Below, piece by piece: positions 1 to 9,615 of a stretch of 64,000 nt of DNA; the stretch's first letter is position 1, and each line of letters starts with the position of its first letter. The notes below the pieces were generated by a model. It searched no databases, was not told the origin of the DNA, and worked only from the letters and a program-made list of their open reading frames with translations. The position numbers were made by a program, and so were the translations under genes. Origin of the DNA: Alphaproteobacteria bacterium (GTDB taxonomy: Bacteria; Pseudomonadota; Alphaproteobacteria; UBA2966). Location of the stretch: contig OZ219856.1 of NCBI GenBank assembly GCA_964291395.2, positions 1,440,001 through 1,504,000 of the forward strand. The letters run 5' to 3'.

Positions 1-301
1 CGTCCTCGTGGAACTTTCCACCACCGAGCGACAGGCCGGCGTTGTTGACCAGCACGGATATTTCGGCGAAATCCGGGGGCAGGGCGGCCACACAATGCCC
101 TACGGCATCCCGGTCACGGACATCGAGCGTGGCCGTGTGCAGGCGACCGCCGAGTTCGTTCCGCAGGGCGTCTAAGCGATCCGTGCGGCGGCCGGTTGCG
201 ACGACGCGTGCGCCTTCGTCGATGAATCTGCGGGTGATGGCCGCCCCCATACCGGAGGTCGCGCCCGTGACGAAGACCACGTCGTTGGACACGTTGGTCA
301 T
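1..301 (-). CDS. Short-chain dehydrogenase/reductase (YdfG-like), runs off the left window edge
   Basis: Manual translation from ATG at 301: MTNVSNDVVFVTGATSGMGAAITRRF...VLVNNAGL; TGxxxGxG and NNAG SDR motifs; not in the ORF track. Confidence 0.9.
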   Translation of the reverse strand, partial: MTNVSNDVVFVTGATSGMGAAITRRFIDEGARVVATGRRTDRLDALRNELGGRLHTATLDVRDRDAVGHCVAALPPDFAEISVLVNNAGLSLGGGKFHED

Positions 302-303
302 TT

Positions 304-1164
304 TCACTCCTCCTCTGTAGCTGTTGAACTGCCGCGTTCCCGTGCCTTGGCGCGCTCCCAGGCCTCGTCGTATTCCGCGAGAGACACCTGTGTGAGCTCG
401 CGTCCAGACGACACCATTTCCTTCTCCACCTGACGGAAGCGCCGCTCGAATTTCGCATTCGTGTCGCGGAGCGCGGATTCCGGGTCCACGCCGAGGTGCC
501 GGGCGTAGTTGACAATGGAGAACAGAAGATCCCCGAATTCTTCCGAAATCGCTTCCTTGTGTTGCAGTTCCTTGCTTTCGCGCGTCTTCGACACGGCCTG
601 CCGGAGTTCGGCGAGCTCTTCCGCGATCTTCCCAACGACGTCAGCCGCCACGGTCCAGTCGAATCCGACCCGCGCGGCGCGTTTTTGCAGCTTTTGCGCC
701 CGTAACAGGGCAGGAAGTCCGCGCGCGACATCGTCGAGGACGCTGGCCCGGCGACCGTCTACCTTAGCGCGCTTTTCCCGCTCCTGCGCCTTGTGAGCCT
801 CCCAAGCGATCGTCTGTGCTTCTGCGTCTGCCACGTCGGTATCGCCGAAGACGTGCGGGTGCCTACGGATCATCTTGTCGCTGACCCCGGCCACGACGTC
901 ATCGAAGTCGAACCCGCCTGCTTCGCGGGACATCTGGGCGTAGAAGACGACTTGAAAGAGCAAGTCCCCCAACTCGTCGCGCAAACGCTGCATATCGCCA
1001 TTCTCGATTGCGTCCGCGACCTCGAACGCCTCTTCGATGGTGTAGGGCACGATGGTCTCGAAGGACTGCGTGAGGTCCCAGGGGCACCCACCGTCCGGGT
1101 TGCGAAGCTTTGCCATGATGTCGAGAAGCCGGCGAATATCGCCGGCTTCAGGGGGGACGCTCAT
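304..1164 (-). CDS. mazG: Nucleoside triphosphate pyrophosphohydrolase MazG
   Basis: GCPWD...EEAFEV...ELGDLLFQVVF...RRHPHVFG and a second EEFGDLLF domain; start set at ATG 1164. Confidence 0.95.
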   Translation of the reverse strand: MSVPPEAGDIRRLLDIMAKLRNPDGGCPWDLTQSFETIVPYTIEEAFEVADAIENGDMQRLRDELGDLLFQVVFYAQMSREAGGFDFDDVVAGVSDKMIRRHPHVFGDTDVADAEAQTIAWEAHKAQEREKRAKVDGRRASVLDDVARGLPALLRAQKLQKRAARVGFDWTVAADVVGKIAEELAELRQAVSKTRESKELQHKEAISEEFGDLLFSIVNYARHLGVDPESALRDTNAKFERRFRQVEKEMVSSGRELTQVSLAEYDEAWERAKARERGSSTATEEE

Positions 1165-1355
1165 GGCGCGATTATCACGGGCGGACCAGAGGGGTGCAAG
1201 CATGAGCCGGGAGTTATGGGATCTCCAACTTCGACTGGTAGCGTCAGCGCATTACGAGCCGTACGCGGTCCGGCGGGCGGGGGAGAGGACGAAAACATCC
1301 TGCGGCTGATTTGATTGTGTGTATGGGATTTATGGGTGGCCGGTGCTGGAAATTT

Positions 1356-1383
1356 TTGTCGCATAATGTATATTATCGGAAAT
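1356..1383 (+). other. dif: dif site (XerC/XerD chromosome dimer resolution site)
   Basis: TTGTCGCATAA-TGTATA-TTATCGGAAAT, 11-6-11 layout, 21/28 identical to E. coli dif GGTGCGCATAA-TGTATA-TTATGTTAAAT; lies in an AT-rich intergenic gap. Confidence 0.85.
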
Positions 1384-1421
1384 AAAATATAGATTTCTCC
1401 TAAGAGGTTAAGGGGATTCGA

Positions 1422-2207
1422 CTATCGGACGGGTGGCTTGATCTTCGTGAACAGGCCAAAGAAGTTCCTGGTCGTCGCATCGGCAAGCTCCGGGCACGAC
1501 ACTCCTTTCACTTCCGCCACCTTGCTGGCCGTATGTACGACGTAAGCGGGCTCATTCGTTTTGCCGCGGTGCGGAGCAGGAGCCAGATAGGGAGAATCGG
1601 TCTCCACGAGAAGCCGATCCAGCGGCACGATCCGGACCGCTTCCCTCACCTCGTCCGCATTCTTGAATGTCACGATCCCGGAAAAAGAAATTAGAAAGTC
1701 TATTTCCAAAGCTTTTTCAGCAAGTTGCCGCATTGAGCTGAAGCAATGTAGCAACCCAAGATAGGCGCCGTTGCGATACTCGTCCGTCAGAATTCGCGCC
1801 GTGTCTGCCTCGGCATTGCGCGAATGGACGATCACGGGCAGCCCGGTTTCACGCGCGGCGGTGATGTGGGTACGGAACGATCGCTGCTGGACATCCCGGG
1901 AACTGTGCTCGTAGTAGTAATCAAGCCCGGTTTCGCCGATCCCGACGACCCTTGGGTGATCGCTGAGCTCGACCAGTTGTCGCACGGTCACGTCCGGTTC
2001 TGCGCCCGCCTCGTGCGGATGGACGCCAACGGAGCACCAGATGTCTTCGTATCGTTCGGCGATTGCCAGAACATTTGAAAATCGGTCGAGGCGGGTGGAA
2101 ATCGTCAGCATGGCGCCGATTCCGGCAGATCGGGCGCGCGCCACGACCGCGTCGAGTTCCTCGCTCAGGGCGCCGTAATCGAGATGGCAGTGGCTGTCGA
2201 CGAGCAT
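1422..2207 (-). CDS. tatD: TatD family hydrolase
   Basis: DSHCH, GVHP, GETGLDY, ETDSPYLAP motifs; alternative GTG start at 2255. Confidence 0.95.
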   Translation of the reverse strand: MLVDSHCHLDYGALSEELDAVVARARSAGIGAMLTISTRLDRFSNVLAIAERYEDIWCSVGVHPHEAGAEPDVTVRQLVELSDHPRVVGIGETGLDYYYEHSSRDVQQRSFRTHITAARETGLPVIVHSRNAEADTARILTDEYRNGAYLGLLHCFSSMRQLAEKALEIDFLISFSGIVTFKNADEVREAVRIVPLDRLLVETDSPYLAPAPHRGKTNEPAYVVHTASKVAEVKGVSCPELADATTRNFFGLFTKIKPPVR

Positions 2208-2251
2208 GGTTGATTGCCCGCGGTCAGGCGCGTTCCTTGACGGGCGGTCCG

Positions 2252-3817
2252 TCACGTCGCGGCCATAGATTCCTCTTCCTCGACATACCGAGGGAACACG
2301 GCCTCCGGTTTGGGCAGCGGGAGGCCGGATCGAAGGGCGCCGCTCTCCCCCAGTCGCGTGAAATCGCGTTCGTCTTCCGACTGACCCAACTGATCTAGCA
2401 ACTTCGTGGCGGAGCCTGGCATGACCGGTTGCACCAGGATCGCCAAGTGCCGTAGCACCTCGGCTGCCACGTAGAGTACCGTATTCATGCGCGTCGGGTT
2501 CGATCTCCGGAGTGCCCAGGGAGCTTGAGCATCGACATACCGGTTGGCGTCACCGACGATGGCCCAGATCGCCTCGAGGGCTCGATTGATACCTTGGACG
2601 TCCATCTCCGCCCGGACCGTGTCGATCAGGCCATGGGCACCGGCCAGAAACCTGTGATCATCGTCGTGAAATGGGCCCGGCTCCGGAACCGACGCCGAGC
2701 AATTCCGGTTGATCATGGACAAAACGCGCTGGGCAAGGTTCCCCAGGTCGTTGGCCAGGTCTCCGTTGAGTCGATTGACCATGGTGCGGTGCGAGAAATC
2801 ACCGTCGTTGCCGAAGGGCACCTCGCGCATCAGGAAATAGCGCACCGGATCGAGGCCATAGCGCTCGACGAGCTGCAACGGGTCGATCACGTTGCCGAGC
2901 GATTTCGAGATCTTCTCGCCTTCGTTGGTCCACCAGCCATGGGCGAAGACACGTTTCGGTGGCGTGATGCCGGCAGACATCAGAAAGGCCGGCCAATAGA
3001 CGGCGTGGAATCGGACGATGTCCTTGCCCACCATATGGATGTCGGCCGGCCAGTACTTGGTGAAAGAGTCCGACTGGACGTCGGGATACCCCACCGCGGT
3101 GATGTAGTTGGTCAGCGCGTCGAGCCAGACATACATGATGTGATCGTCGTTCCCCGGCACGGGGATGCCCCACTTGAAACTCGTGCGCGAGATCGAGAGA
3201 TCGCGCAAGCCGCTCTTGACGAAGCTGACGACTTCATTGCGCCGGGTCTCAGGCAGGACGAAATCGGGGTTCTCATCGTAGAACTCAAGCAGGCGCGTCC
3301 CCCACTTCGACAGTCTGAAGAAGTAGCTCGGTTCTTCCACCCACTCGACCTCCGCACCGGTGGGCGCCACGCGTGCGCCGTCCGGCCCGGCCGTCAACTC
3401 TTCTTCGCCGTAAAATGCCTCGTCGCGGACCGAGTACCAGCCCGAGTACGTGCCGAGGTAGATATCGCCGTTACGCTCGATGGCTTGCCAGATCGCTTGG
3501 CTTGAACGGGCGTGCTTGGCCTCGGTCGTGCGGATGAAGTCGTCGTTGGAATAGTCCATCGGTTTGGCGAGTTCGCGGAAGTTCCGGGACACTTTATCGA
3601 CGAAGATCCGCGGTTCGAGCCCCGCGGCCTCCGCCGACTTCTCGACCTTTTGACCGTGCTCGTCGGTACCCGTGAGAAACATCACGTCATAGCCATCGAG
3701 CCGCTTGAATCGGGCCAACACGTCGCACGCGAGCGTCGTGTAGGCGTGGCCGATGTGCGGCACGTCGTTCACGTAGTAGATCGGCGTCGTGATGTAGTAA
3801 CGGTTGTCACGCGACAT
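2252..3817 (-). CDS. metG: Methionine--tRNA ligase
   Basis: YITTPIYYVN..PHIGH, GTDEHG, YVWLDAL, KISKS motifs. Confidence 0.97.
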   Translation of the reverse strand: MSRDNRYYITTPIYYVNDVPHIGHAYTTLACDVLARFKRLDGYDVMFLTGTDEHGQKVEKSAEAAGLEPRIFVDKVSRNFRELAKPMDYSNDDFIRTTEAKHARSSQAIWQAIERNGDIYLGTYSGWYSVRDEAFYGEEELTAGPDGARVAPTGAEVEWVEEPSYFFRLSKWGTRLLEFYDENPDFVLPETRRNEVVSFVKSGLRDLSISRTSFKWGIPVPGNDDHIMYVWLDALTNYITAVGYPDVQSDSFTKYWPADIHMVGKDIVRFHAVYWPAFLMSAGITPPKRVFAHGWWTNEGEKISKSLGNVIDPLQLVERYGLDPVRYFLMREVPFGNDGDFSHRTMVNRLNGDLANDLGNLAQRVLSMINRNCSASVPEPGPFHDDDHRFLAGAHGLIDTVRAEMDVQGINRALEAIWAIVGDANRYVDAQAPWALRRSNPTRMNTVLYVAAEVLRHLAILVQPVMPGSATKLLDQLGQSEDERDFTRLGESGALRSGLPLPKPEAVFPRYVEEEESMAAT

Positions 3818-3861
3818 CGAACTTCGGTCCGTTTGCAGTGCCCGCCCCCTGCCCGACGACA

Positions 3862-4947
3862 TTATGGGCGGGATGTTGTTTGCAGGATGGAGAAGACGTT
3901 CAACAATACCTGCTTCCGATCGAGGTTGACGTCATCCACTGCGGAAAACAGGTCGCGCACGTTTTCCCATACCTCGCACCACCGTTCAAGGCTGGCCGTT
4001 CGCGCGAGGCGCGCCATCGCCGCGTCTTCGCCGGGCACGACCGGCTCGGGGAAGGCTCCGGCAGCGGCCCCGTGGATCATGCCCTCGAGCCAGCGTGTCA
4101 GCAGGCCGGCGATCAGGCGAAAGGTACCGCCGCCGTTCCGCCGGTTGAGACGATCCCCCATGCGATGGACGGCGAGCATATCGATCGTGGGAAGGTTCGA
4201 GACCAATCCGACGAGTTCTTCGTAAAGTGCGAGGCCGCCCGCATCAGCCAGCGCGAGTGCCCGGCCCGGACTTCCGTCCGCCAATCGTCCGAGCGCCGCG
4301 CGCTTGGCGGCAGCGATATCGGGCCGTTGCTCCGCCAGAATCCGACTGACGAGTTCCGGAGCAAGCGCGCGCAACGAAAGACGGCGGCAGCGGGATCGCA
4401 ACGTTGCCGGTACGCGGCCGGGGACGTGCGCAACCATGATCACCAAGCCACGGGCGGGTGGTTCTTCAAGCGTTTTGAGCAGCGCATTCGCCGCGTTCCG
4501 GTTCATCTCGTCCGCCGCGTCGACGATGGCCACGCGCCACTCCCCTTCCGCGGCCGTCATGGCGAAGAACGAGACGGAGTCGCGCACGTCGGACACCAGG
4601 ATCTCTTCGCGCCGCCGGTCCCGTCTGGTGTCGACGCCGCGTTCTACCACTTTGAGGTCGGCGTGTGCATAGGAGGCTACCCGGCGAAACACCGGATCGT
4701 CCTGCCCGATCTCCAGGCTGTCCGGCCCTCTGAACAGATCGCTGCCGCAGCTGGCGAGGACGAAGCGCGCGAGTCGGTAGGCGAGGGTCGCCTTGCCGAT
4801 GCCCCTTGGTCCCGTGATCATCCAGGAATGGGCGAAGCGGCCCCCCTTCCAGGCCGAGAGCAACTCCGACTCCGCATCGGCGTGTCCGAGTAAACTCGGA
4901 TTTTCGCGCGGACTCAGGACGGTGCTGCCGGTGTCGTCTGTCGCCAC
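3862..4947 (-). CDS. holB: DNA polymerase III delta' subunit
   Basis: GPRGIGKAT, ANALLKTLEEPP, SRC motifs; tmk-holB-metG synteny. Confidence 0.95.
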   Translation of the reverse strand: MATDDTGSTVLSPRENPSLLGHADAESELLSAWKGGRFAHSWMITGPRGIGKATLAYRLARFVLASCGSDLFRGPDSLEIGQDDPVFRRVASYAHADLKVVERGVDTRRDRRREEILVSDVRDSVSFFAMTAAEGEWRVAIVDAADEMNRNAANALLKTLEEPPARGLVIMVAHVPGRVPATLRSRCRRLSLRALAPELVSRILAEQRPDIAAAKRAALGRLADGSPGRALALADAGGLALYEELVGLVSNLPTIDMLAVHRMGDRLNRRNGGGTFRLIAGLLTRWLEGMIHGAAAGAFPEPVVPGEDAAMARLARTASLERWCEVWENVRDLFSAVDDVNLDRKQVLLNVFSILQTTSRP

Positions 4948-4950
4948 GAG

Positions 4951-5580
4951 TCACATTCCGAACCGTTGCGCGATCAACGTCATGATGGAGTCATGGACGG
5001 CATCGGAGGATCGAGCCGCGTCGACGACGACGCATCGCTCGCTGTTTTGTCTCGCGATTTTCAGAAATCCCTCACGCAGTCTCATGTGAAAGTCGATTTC
5101 CATTTGCTCGTAGCGATGCGTTTCGCCTCCGCGGCTGACTATTCTGTCGAGTCCCTGGGAAACGGCGATGTCCAGAATGATCGTTGCGTCCGGCCACAGG
5201 TTCCCCACCGTCTGGCGATGCAGGTCTTCGATGATCGAAATCTCCAAGCCCTGCCCGTACCCCTGATATGCGATGGTCGAGTCGGTGTATCGGTCGCAGA
5301 CGACCCAGGTCCCCTCGTCGAGCGCGGGCTCGATTACCGTCATCACATGATCACGCCGCGCCGCGAAATGAAGCAGAGCCTCGCTCATGGGATCCCATCG
5401 GCCAACTTCACCACGGACGAGCAGTTCACGGATGCTCTCGGCCCCTGGCGAGCCTCCCGGTTCACGGGTGGCGAGACATGGAATACTCCTGTCTTCCAGG
5501 GCGTTCGCGAGACGTTCGGTTTGGGTGCTCTTGCCCGCACCCTCGCCGCCTTCGAACGAGATGAAGTGACCGCGAGCCAC
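4951..5580 (-). CDS. tmk: dTMP kinase
   Basis: FEGGEGAGKST, REPGG, CDRY, AYQG motifs. Confidence 0.97.
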   Translation of the reverse strand: MARGHFISFEGGEGAGKSTQTERLANALEDRSIPCLATREPGGSPGAESIRELLVRGEVGRWDPMSEALLHFAARRDHVMTVIEPALDEGTWVVCDRYTDSTIAYQGYGQGLEISIIEDLHRQTVGNLWPDATIILDIAVSQGLDRIVSRGGETHRYEQMEIDFHMRLREGFLKIARQNSERCVVVDAARSSDAVHDSIMTLIAQRFGM

Positions 5581-5636
5581 GTTAGCGATCCATCATGGCA
5601 ATCGGGAGCGGCATCGGCTTCCGCTGCGATCAACCC

Positions 5637-6788
5637 CTACTCCGCCGCGCCCCACGCCAGATATCTGAGGGCGGCGCTCAAGCGTCCGAACATTCCCAGT
5701 CTGGAGACATTTTTTCCCGCGATGAGAGGGATCTGCTGGGTTTCGGCGTCGGGGGCTGAAATCGTCAGCATCGCCAGCCGTTGACCGGACCGGATGGGCG
5801 CCGCGATGGGGCTGTCGTAATTGACCTTCACTTCCATTTTGCGCCGAGATTTACGCGCCAGCGTAAGGGTCACCTCGTTCTCGATGATGAGCGGCACCTT
5901 TGCGTCTTCTCCGAGCCAGACCGCCGCGTTGTCCACCGTTTCGCCGGCCTCGAACAGCTGGAAATTATCGAACTCCCGGTAAGCCCAGTCCAACAGTCGT
6001 GTTGTTTCCTGGGTGCGGTGTTTTCGGCTCGCGAGTCCGTTGACGACGAGAATCAATCGGCGGCCTTGCCAGTTTACCGAGGCGGCGAGTCCGTACCCGG
6101 AAGCCCTGGTACGCCCGGTCTTGAGGCCGTCCGCGCCGTCGTATCCGTACAGGAGGGGATTCCGGTTTCCTTGCTTGATGTTGTTGTAGGTGTAGGTCTT
6201 TTCCGCGAACAGCGGGTAATACTCCGGAAACTCCCTGATGATGATGGCCGATAGTTTCGCTATATCGCGGACGGACATCGTATGGTCGGGATGGGGCCAG
6301 CCGGTAGAGTTCACGAACGTGCTATTGGTGAGACCGATCTCGCGAGCTCGTTCGGTCATCTCTTCCGCGAACGCGGCTTCGTTTCGGGCCAGTCCTTCGG
6401 CGATGACGATACATGCGTCGTTGCCCGACTGTACCACGATACCGCGCAGCAGATCTTCCAGTTTGACGCGCGTATTGATGCCGACGAACATCTTGGAACC
6501 ACCCATCCGCCATGCTTTCTCGCTTACCGGGAAGGTGTCTTCCAGTCGGAGACTGCCGGCCTTGAGGCGCTCGAAGATCATGTAGAGCGTCATCAGCTTG
6601 CTCATTGACGCTGGGGCCGTCGGTTCATCCGCATTCTTTTCGAGAAGCACGGTGCCCGTGTCGTAGTCCAAGAGGATGGCGAACTTCGCAGCGGTCTCCG
6701 TGGCCGCCGCCGGTAGCGGCGCGGCGAGGCTGACGGCCAGGACGAGCGTCGATAATTGCGTCAAAATGTTGGTAAGGCGGTTGGACAT
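5637..6788 (-). CDS. dacA: D-alanyl-D-alanine carboxypeptidase (PBP5/6)
   Basis: Signal peptide; SxxK (ASMSK), SGN and KTG motifs. Confidence 0.93.
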   Translation of the reverse strand: MSNRLTNILTQLSTLVLAVSLAAPLPAAATETAAKFAILLDYDTGTVLLEKNADEPTAPASMSKLMTLYMIFERLKAGSLRLEDTFPVSEKAWRMGGSKMFVGINTRVKLEDLLRGIVVQSGNDACIVIAEGLARNEAAFAEEMTERAREIGLTNSTFVNSTGWPHPDHTMSVRDIAKLSAIIIREFPEYYPLFAEKTYTYNNIKQGNRNPLLYGYDGADGLKTGRTRASGYGLAASVNWQGRRLILVVNGLASRKHRTQETTRLLDWAYREFDNFQLFEAGETVDNAAVWLGEDAKVPLIIENEVTLTLARKSRRKMEVKVNYDSPIAAPIRSGQRLAMLTISAPDAETQQIPLIAGKNVSRLGMFGRLSAALRYLAWGAAE

Positions 6789-6876
6789 GCGCGTGATTGA
6801 AACGATCCCCCGTTGGGTCCGCCTGGGGATGATGTGGGCGGACCGGCCGAAAGTATGAAGGCGGATCAGCGTGGCA

Positions 6877-7863
6877 TCAATCGACGATGATTCTGGCGTC
6901 GATATGTCCGTTGTCGATCAGACGCTCGAGCGTCGCGTCTGCCTGTTCGAGGCTGGCAATCGGCCCGACGCGGACGCGAAAGAGTTCTTGCCCGTCGACT
7001 TGTGCCGGCGCGACGGAGGCTTCGGTGAGATCGGCGAGACGTTCCCGAAGACGCTCCGCATTCTCGAGAAAGGAGAATGCTCCTGCCTGCACGTAGAGAT
7101 TGGTGGGCTTGGGTATCCACGCCTTCGCACCATTGCCGGGTGGCTTGGGAACCTCTGGCGACGGGGCCGCGGCGACCCCTGCGGGCGGCGGCAGATGAGC
7201 GGTCTGCACGACGGCGACGGGCACCGCTCTCACCGCGAACCTGTCCTTGTCCGGAGTGACCGGTTTCGCCGCGATCTCGACTTCGTCTGGCGACGGCACC
7301 GCCACGACCCGTACGCGCGCGACGCCTTGTTCTTCGAAACCGAGAAGCCGAGCGGCCCGGCGCGAAAGATCGATGATTCGACCATGCACGAATGGGCCTC
7401 GATCGTTGACACGGACGGTGAGCTCTCGGCCGTTTTCGAGGTTTGTCACACGCACGTAGGTCGGCATCGCCAACGTCTTGTGGGCGGCGGTCAGGCCGTT
7501 CATGTCATAGATCTCACCGTTCGCCGTCGCCCGGCCGTGGAACGGCTTGCCGTACCAGGACGCGATCCCGGTTTGGCGGTAGTCCGGATCCTCCTTCGGG
7601 TAGTACCAGACACCTGCGATCTCGTAAGGATCCCCTACCTTGTATATTCCCCGAGATGAAGGAAGCACAACTTTACGTTGATGCTGTGGAGCGGCTTCCA
7701 CTTCTGTCCCGGCCTTGTTTCCTTCCGAAATTCTGGTGGCTTCCTTGGCCGCGTGGATGACGAGACGTGTCGGGGCACACGCCGCCACCATCAGGAGTAG
7801 GAGTGCGGCCGCAACGCCAATGCTGAACCTGGATATCAAGAGGCTACCGGCCGAGCGCATCAC
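6877..7863 (-). CDS. rlpA: Septal ring lytic transglycosylase RlpA (lipoprotein, SPOR domain)
   Basis: Lipobox-like VAAC; ASWYG, TAAHKTL, VNDRGPF; C-terminal VQAGAF SPOR domain. Confidence 0.95.
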   Translation of the reverse strand: MMRSAGSLLISRFSIGVAAALLLLMVAACAPTRLVIHAAKEATRISEGNKAGTEVEAAPQHQRKVVLPSSRGIYKVGDPYEIAGVWYYPKEDPDYRQTGIASWYGKPFHGRATANGEIYDMNGLTAAHKTLAMPTYVRVTNLENGRELTVRVNDRGPFVHGRIIDLSRRAARLLGFEEQGVARVRVVAVPSPDEVEIAAKPVTPDKDRFAVRAVPVAVVQTAHLPPPAGVAAAPSPEVPKPPGNGAKAWIPKPTNLYVQAGAFSFLENAERLRERLADLTEASVAPAQVDGQELFRVRVGPIASLEQADATLERLIDNGHIDARIIVD

Positions 7864-7907
7864 TATCTTGTGTATGTTACGGAATTGACCCCAGCATCTT
7901 GCGTATC

Positions 7908-8942
7908 TTATCGAGCACTGATGCGATCTGCAAGATATCCGACCGCGATGGCAAAGAAATCGGACCTATTCCATTTCAATATCGCTTCGAAATTGTCATA
8001 GACCAGAAATGCGGGATCTCGTTTTCCTTTGTCCGGCAGAACGATCGAGGAATTCAACTGGCGGCGGGGCAAATCGCTGCCGTTGATCCGGCGCACTCCG
8101 AGTTTCTGCCACTCCCCTATTCGCTTCTTGATCTTCCGTCCAGTCAATCCAAGGTCAAAGTCTCGGGGAAGCCGGACGGCCCTGCCCCAGGTGATGTCGT
8201 CCCGCCAGTCCGACGCCGCCAGATAGTTGGCCGTCGACGCGAATACGTCGGGTTTGCTGGTCCAGATGTCGCGACGCCCATCGCCGTCGTAATCGACGGC
8301 ATGCCGCGCAAAGCTCGAGGGCATAAACTGGTTTTGGCCCATGGCCCCGGCCCACGACCCCTTCATCCGATTCGGTTGTATGTGCCCTTCATCGAGAATC
8401 TGCAGAGATATCAGTAATTCATTGCGAAAAAATGAACTTCTTCTCCCGTCGAAGGCCAGTGTCGCGAGCGAGGCGATGACCGGAAATCCTCCGGTGTATC
8501 GTCCGAAGCCTGTCTCAATGCCCCAAAGGGCGACGATGAACCTCGGCTGCACGCCGAATTTCGTACCGACTTCGTTCAGCAGTTTCCGGTTTTGCGCGAA
8601 TTTCTCTCTTCCCTCGTCTATTCGCTTCTGATTGACGACCCGGGAAATGTACTGATCGAAGGTCATCGTGAATTCGGGCTGACGCCGGTCCAGTTCGATG
8701 ACGCGGGGTATCGGCTCGACGCCGTCAAAGGCCGTGTCGAACGTCTCCGCCCGGATACCTCGGGCGAGTGCCTCGGCGCGAAGCGCATCGCGCCACTCGT
8801 CAAAATTGTGATGGTCGGCGAATGCGGCCGGGACTCGGCCGACCGACAGTCCGAAACACAGAACGACGATAAGCCACGGAGATTGCTTCAACGCGCTCTG
8901 CCTTTCACCTGAACGGGCAATATGCTGGTGCACTTGTGCCAC
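7908..8942 (-). CDS. mltB: Lytic murein transglycosylase (MltB family)
   Basis: DRRQPEF, WGIET, GSWAGAMGQNQFMPS, DGDGRRD motifs. Confidence 0.9.
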   Translation of the reverse strand: MAQVHQHIARSGERQSALKQSPWLIVVLCFGLSVGRVPAAFADHHNFDEWRDALRAEALARGIRAETFDTAFDGVEPIPRVIELDRRQPEFTMTFDQYISRVVNQKRIDEGREKFAQNRKLLNEVGTKFGVQPRFIVALWGIETGFGRYTGGFPVIASLATLAFDGRRSSFFRNELLISLQILDEGHIQPNRMKGSWAGAMGQNQFMPSSFARHAVDYDGDGRRDIWTSKPDVFASTANYLAASDWRDDITWGRAVRLPRDFDLGLTGRKIKKRIGEWQKLGVRRINGSDLPRRQLNSSIVLPDKGKRDPAFLVYDNFEAILKWNRSDFFAIAVGYLADRISAR

Positions 8943-9087
8943 AGCCCCCGAACGCCCGCAACGTCATCTTGGTCCGGGAAATCGCACGGCGGATTGTCCG
9001 GCCCGGTGGTGCCGGGCGGGCGCCGCTGGCCGTGACTTCGCACCCGTGCCATCATCGCCTGAAACCGGGCGTACGGAGCAGTTGGCA

Positions 9088-9492
9088 ATGGACGACGAGC
9101 AGGCGGTGCTGCGGGCAAACGGCGCCTTTTACACGGCGTTCGCGAGCGCCGATTTCGCCGCCATGACCGAGGTCTGGGCGCACGACGACGGCATCGCCTG
9201 CATCCATCCGGGATGGGACGTGTTCACGGGCTATCACGACGTCATGGAGAGCTGGCGGACGATCCTCGCAGGTGGTGCCGCGCCGCGGATCTCGTGCCGG
9301 GCGGCCCGCGCCTTCCTGTTCGGGGATGTCGCTTTCGTCACGTGCAACGAGATGGTCAACGGCGGCCTTCTGGTCGCCACGAATGTATTCGTACTCAAGG
9401 ACGGGGGTTGGCGCATGGTCCACCATCACGCAGGACCATGTGGCGCGCCCGAACCGGCGCCCGGAGCCGGCCCGAGCGACTCGCTCCATTAA
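9088..9492 (+). CDS. SnoaL-like / NTF2 family protein
   Basis: ANGAFYTAF...CIHPGW...ATNVF...WRMVHHH pattern. Confidence 0.85.
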   Translation: MDDEQAVLRANGAFYTAFASADFAAMTEVWAHDDGIACIHPGWDVFTGYHDVMESWRTILAGGAAPRISCRAARAFLFGDVAFVTCNEMVNGGLLVATNVFVLKDGGWRMVHHHAGPCGAPEPAPGAGPSDSLH

Positions 9493-9615
9493 CGGGCCGC
9501 GGAAAAGCCGTTTTGGGAGCGTTGGCGCGCAATGCTGACCTACGAATTGCCGCCCGTGATTCCATGCCGTCGCGACTTGGCCCCGTTCGATTCCTTCGTT
9601 TCAATCGTCATGCTC

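Noticed and set aside
8943-9087. Possible tRNA or integration site beside mltB
   Set aside because: No cloverleaf or T-loop consensus seen; only a small GC hairpin. No tRNA or rRNA was detected in the window
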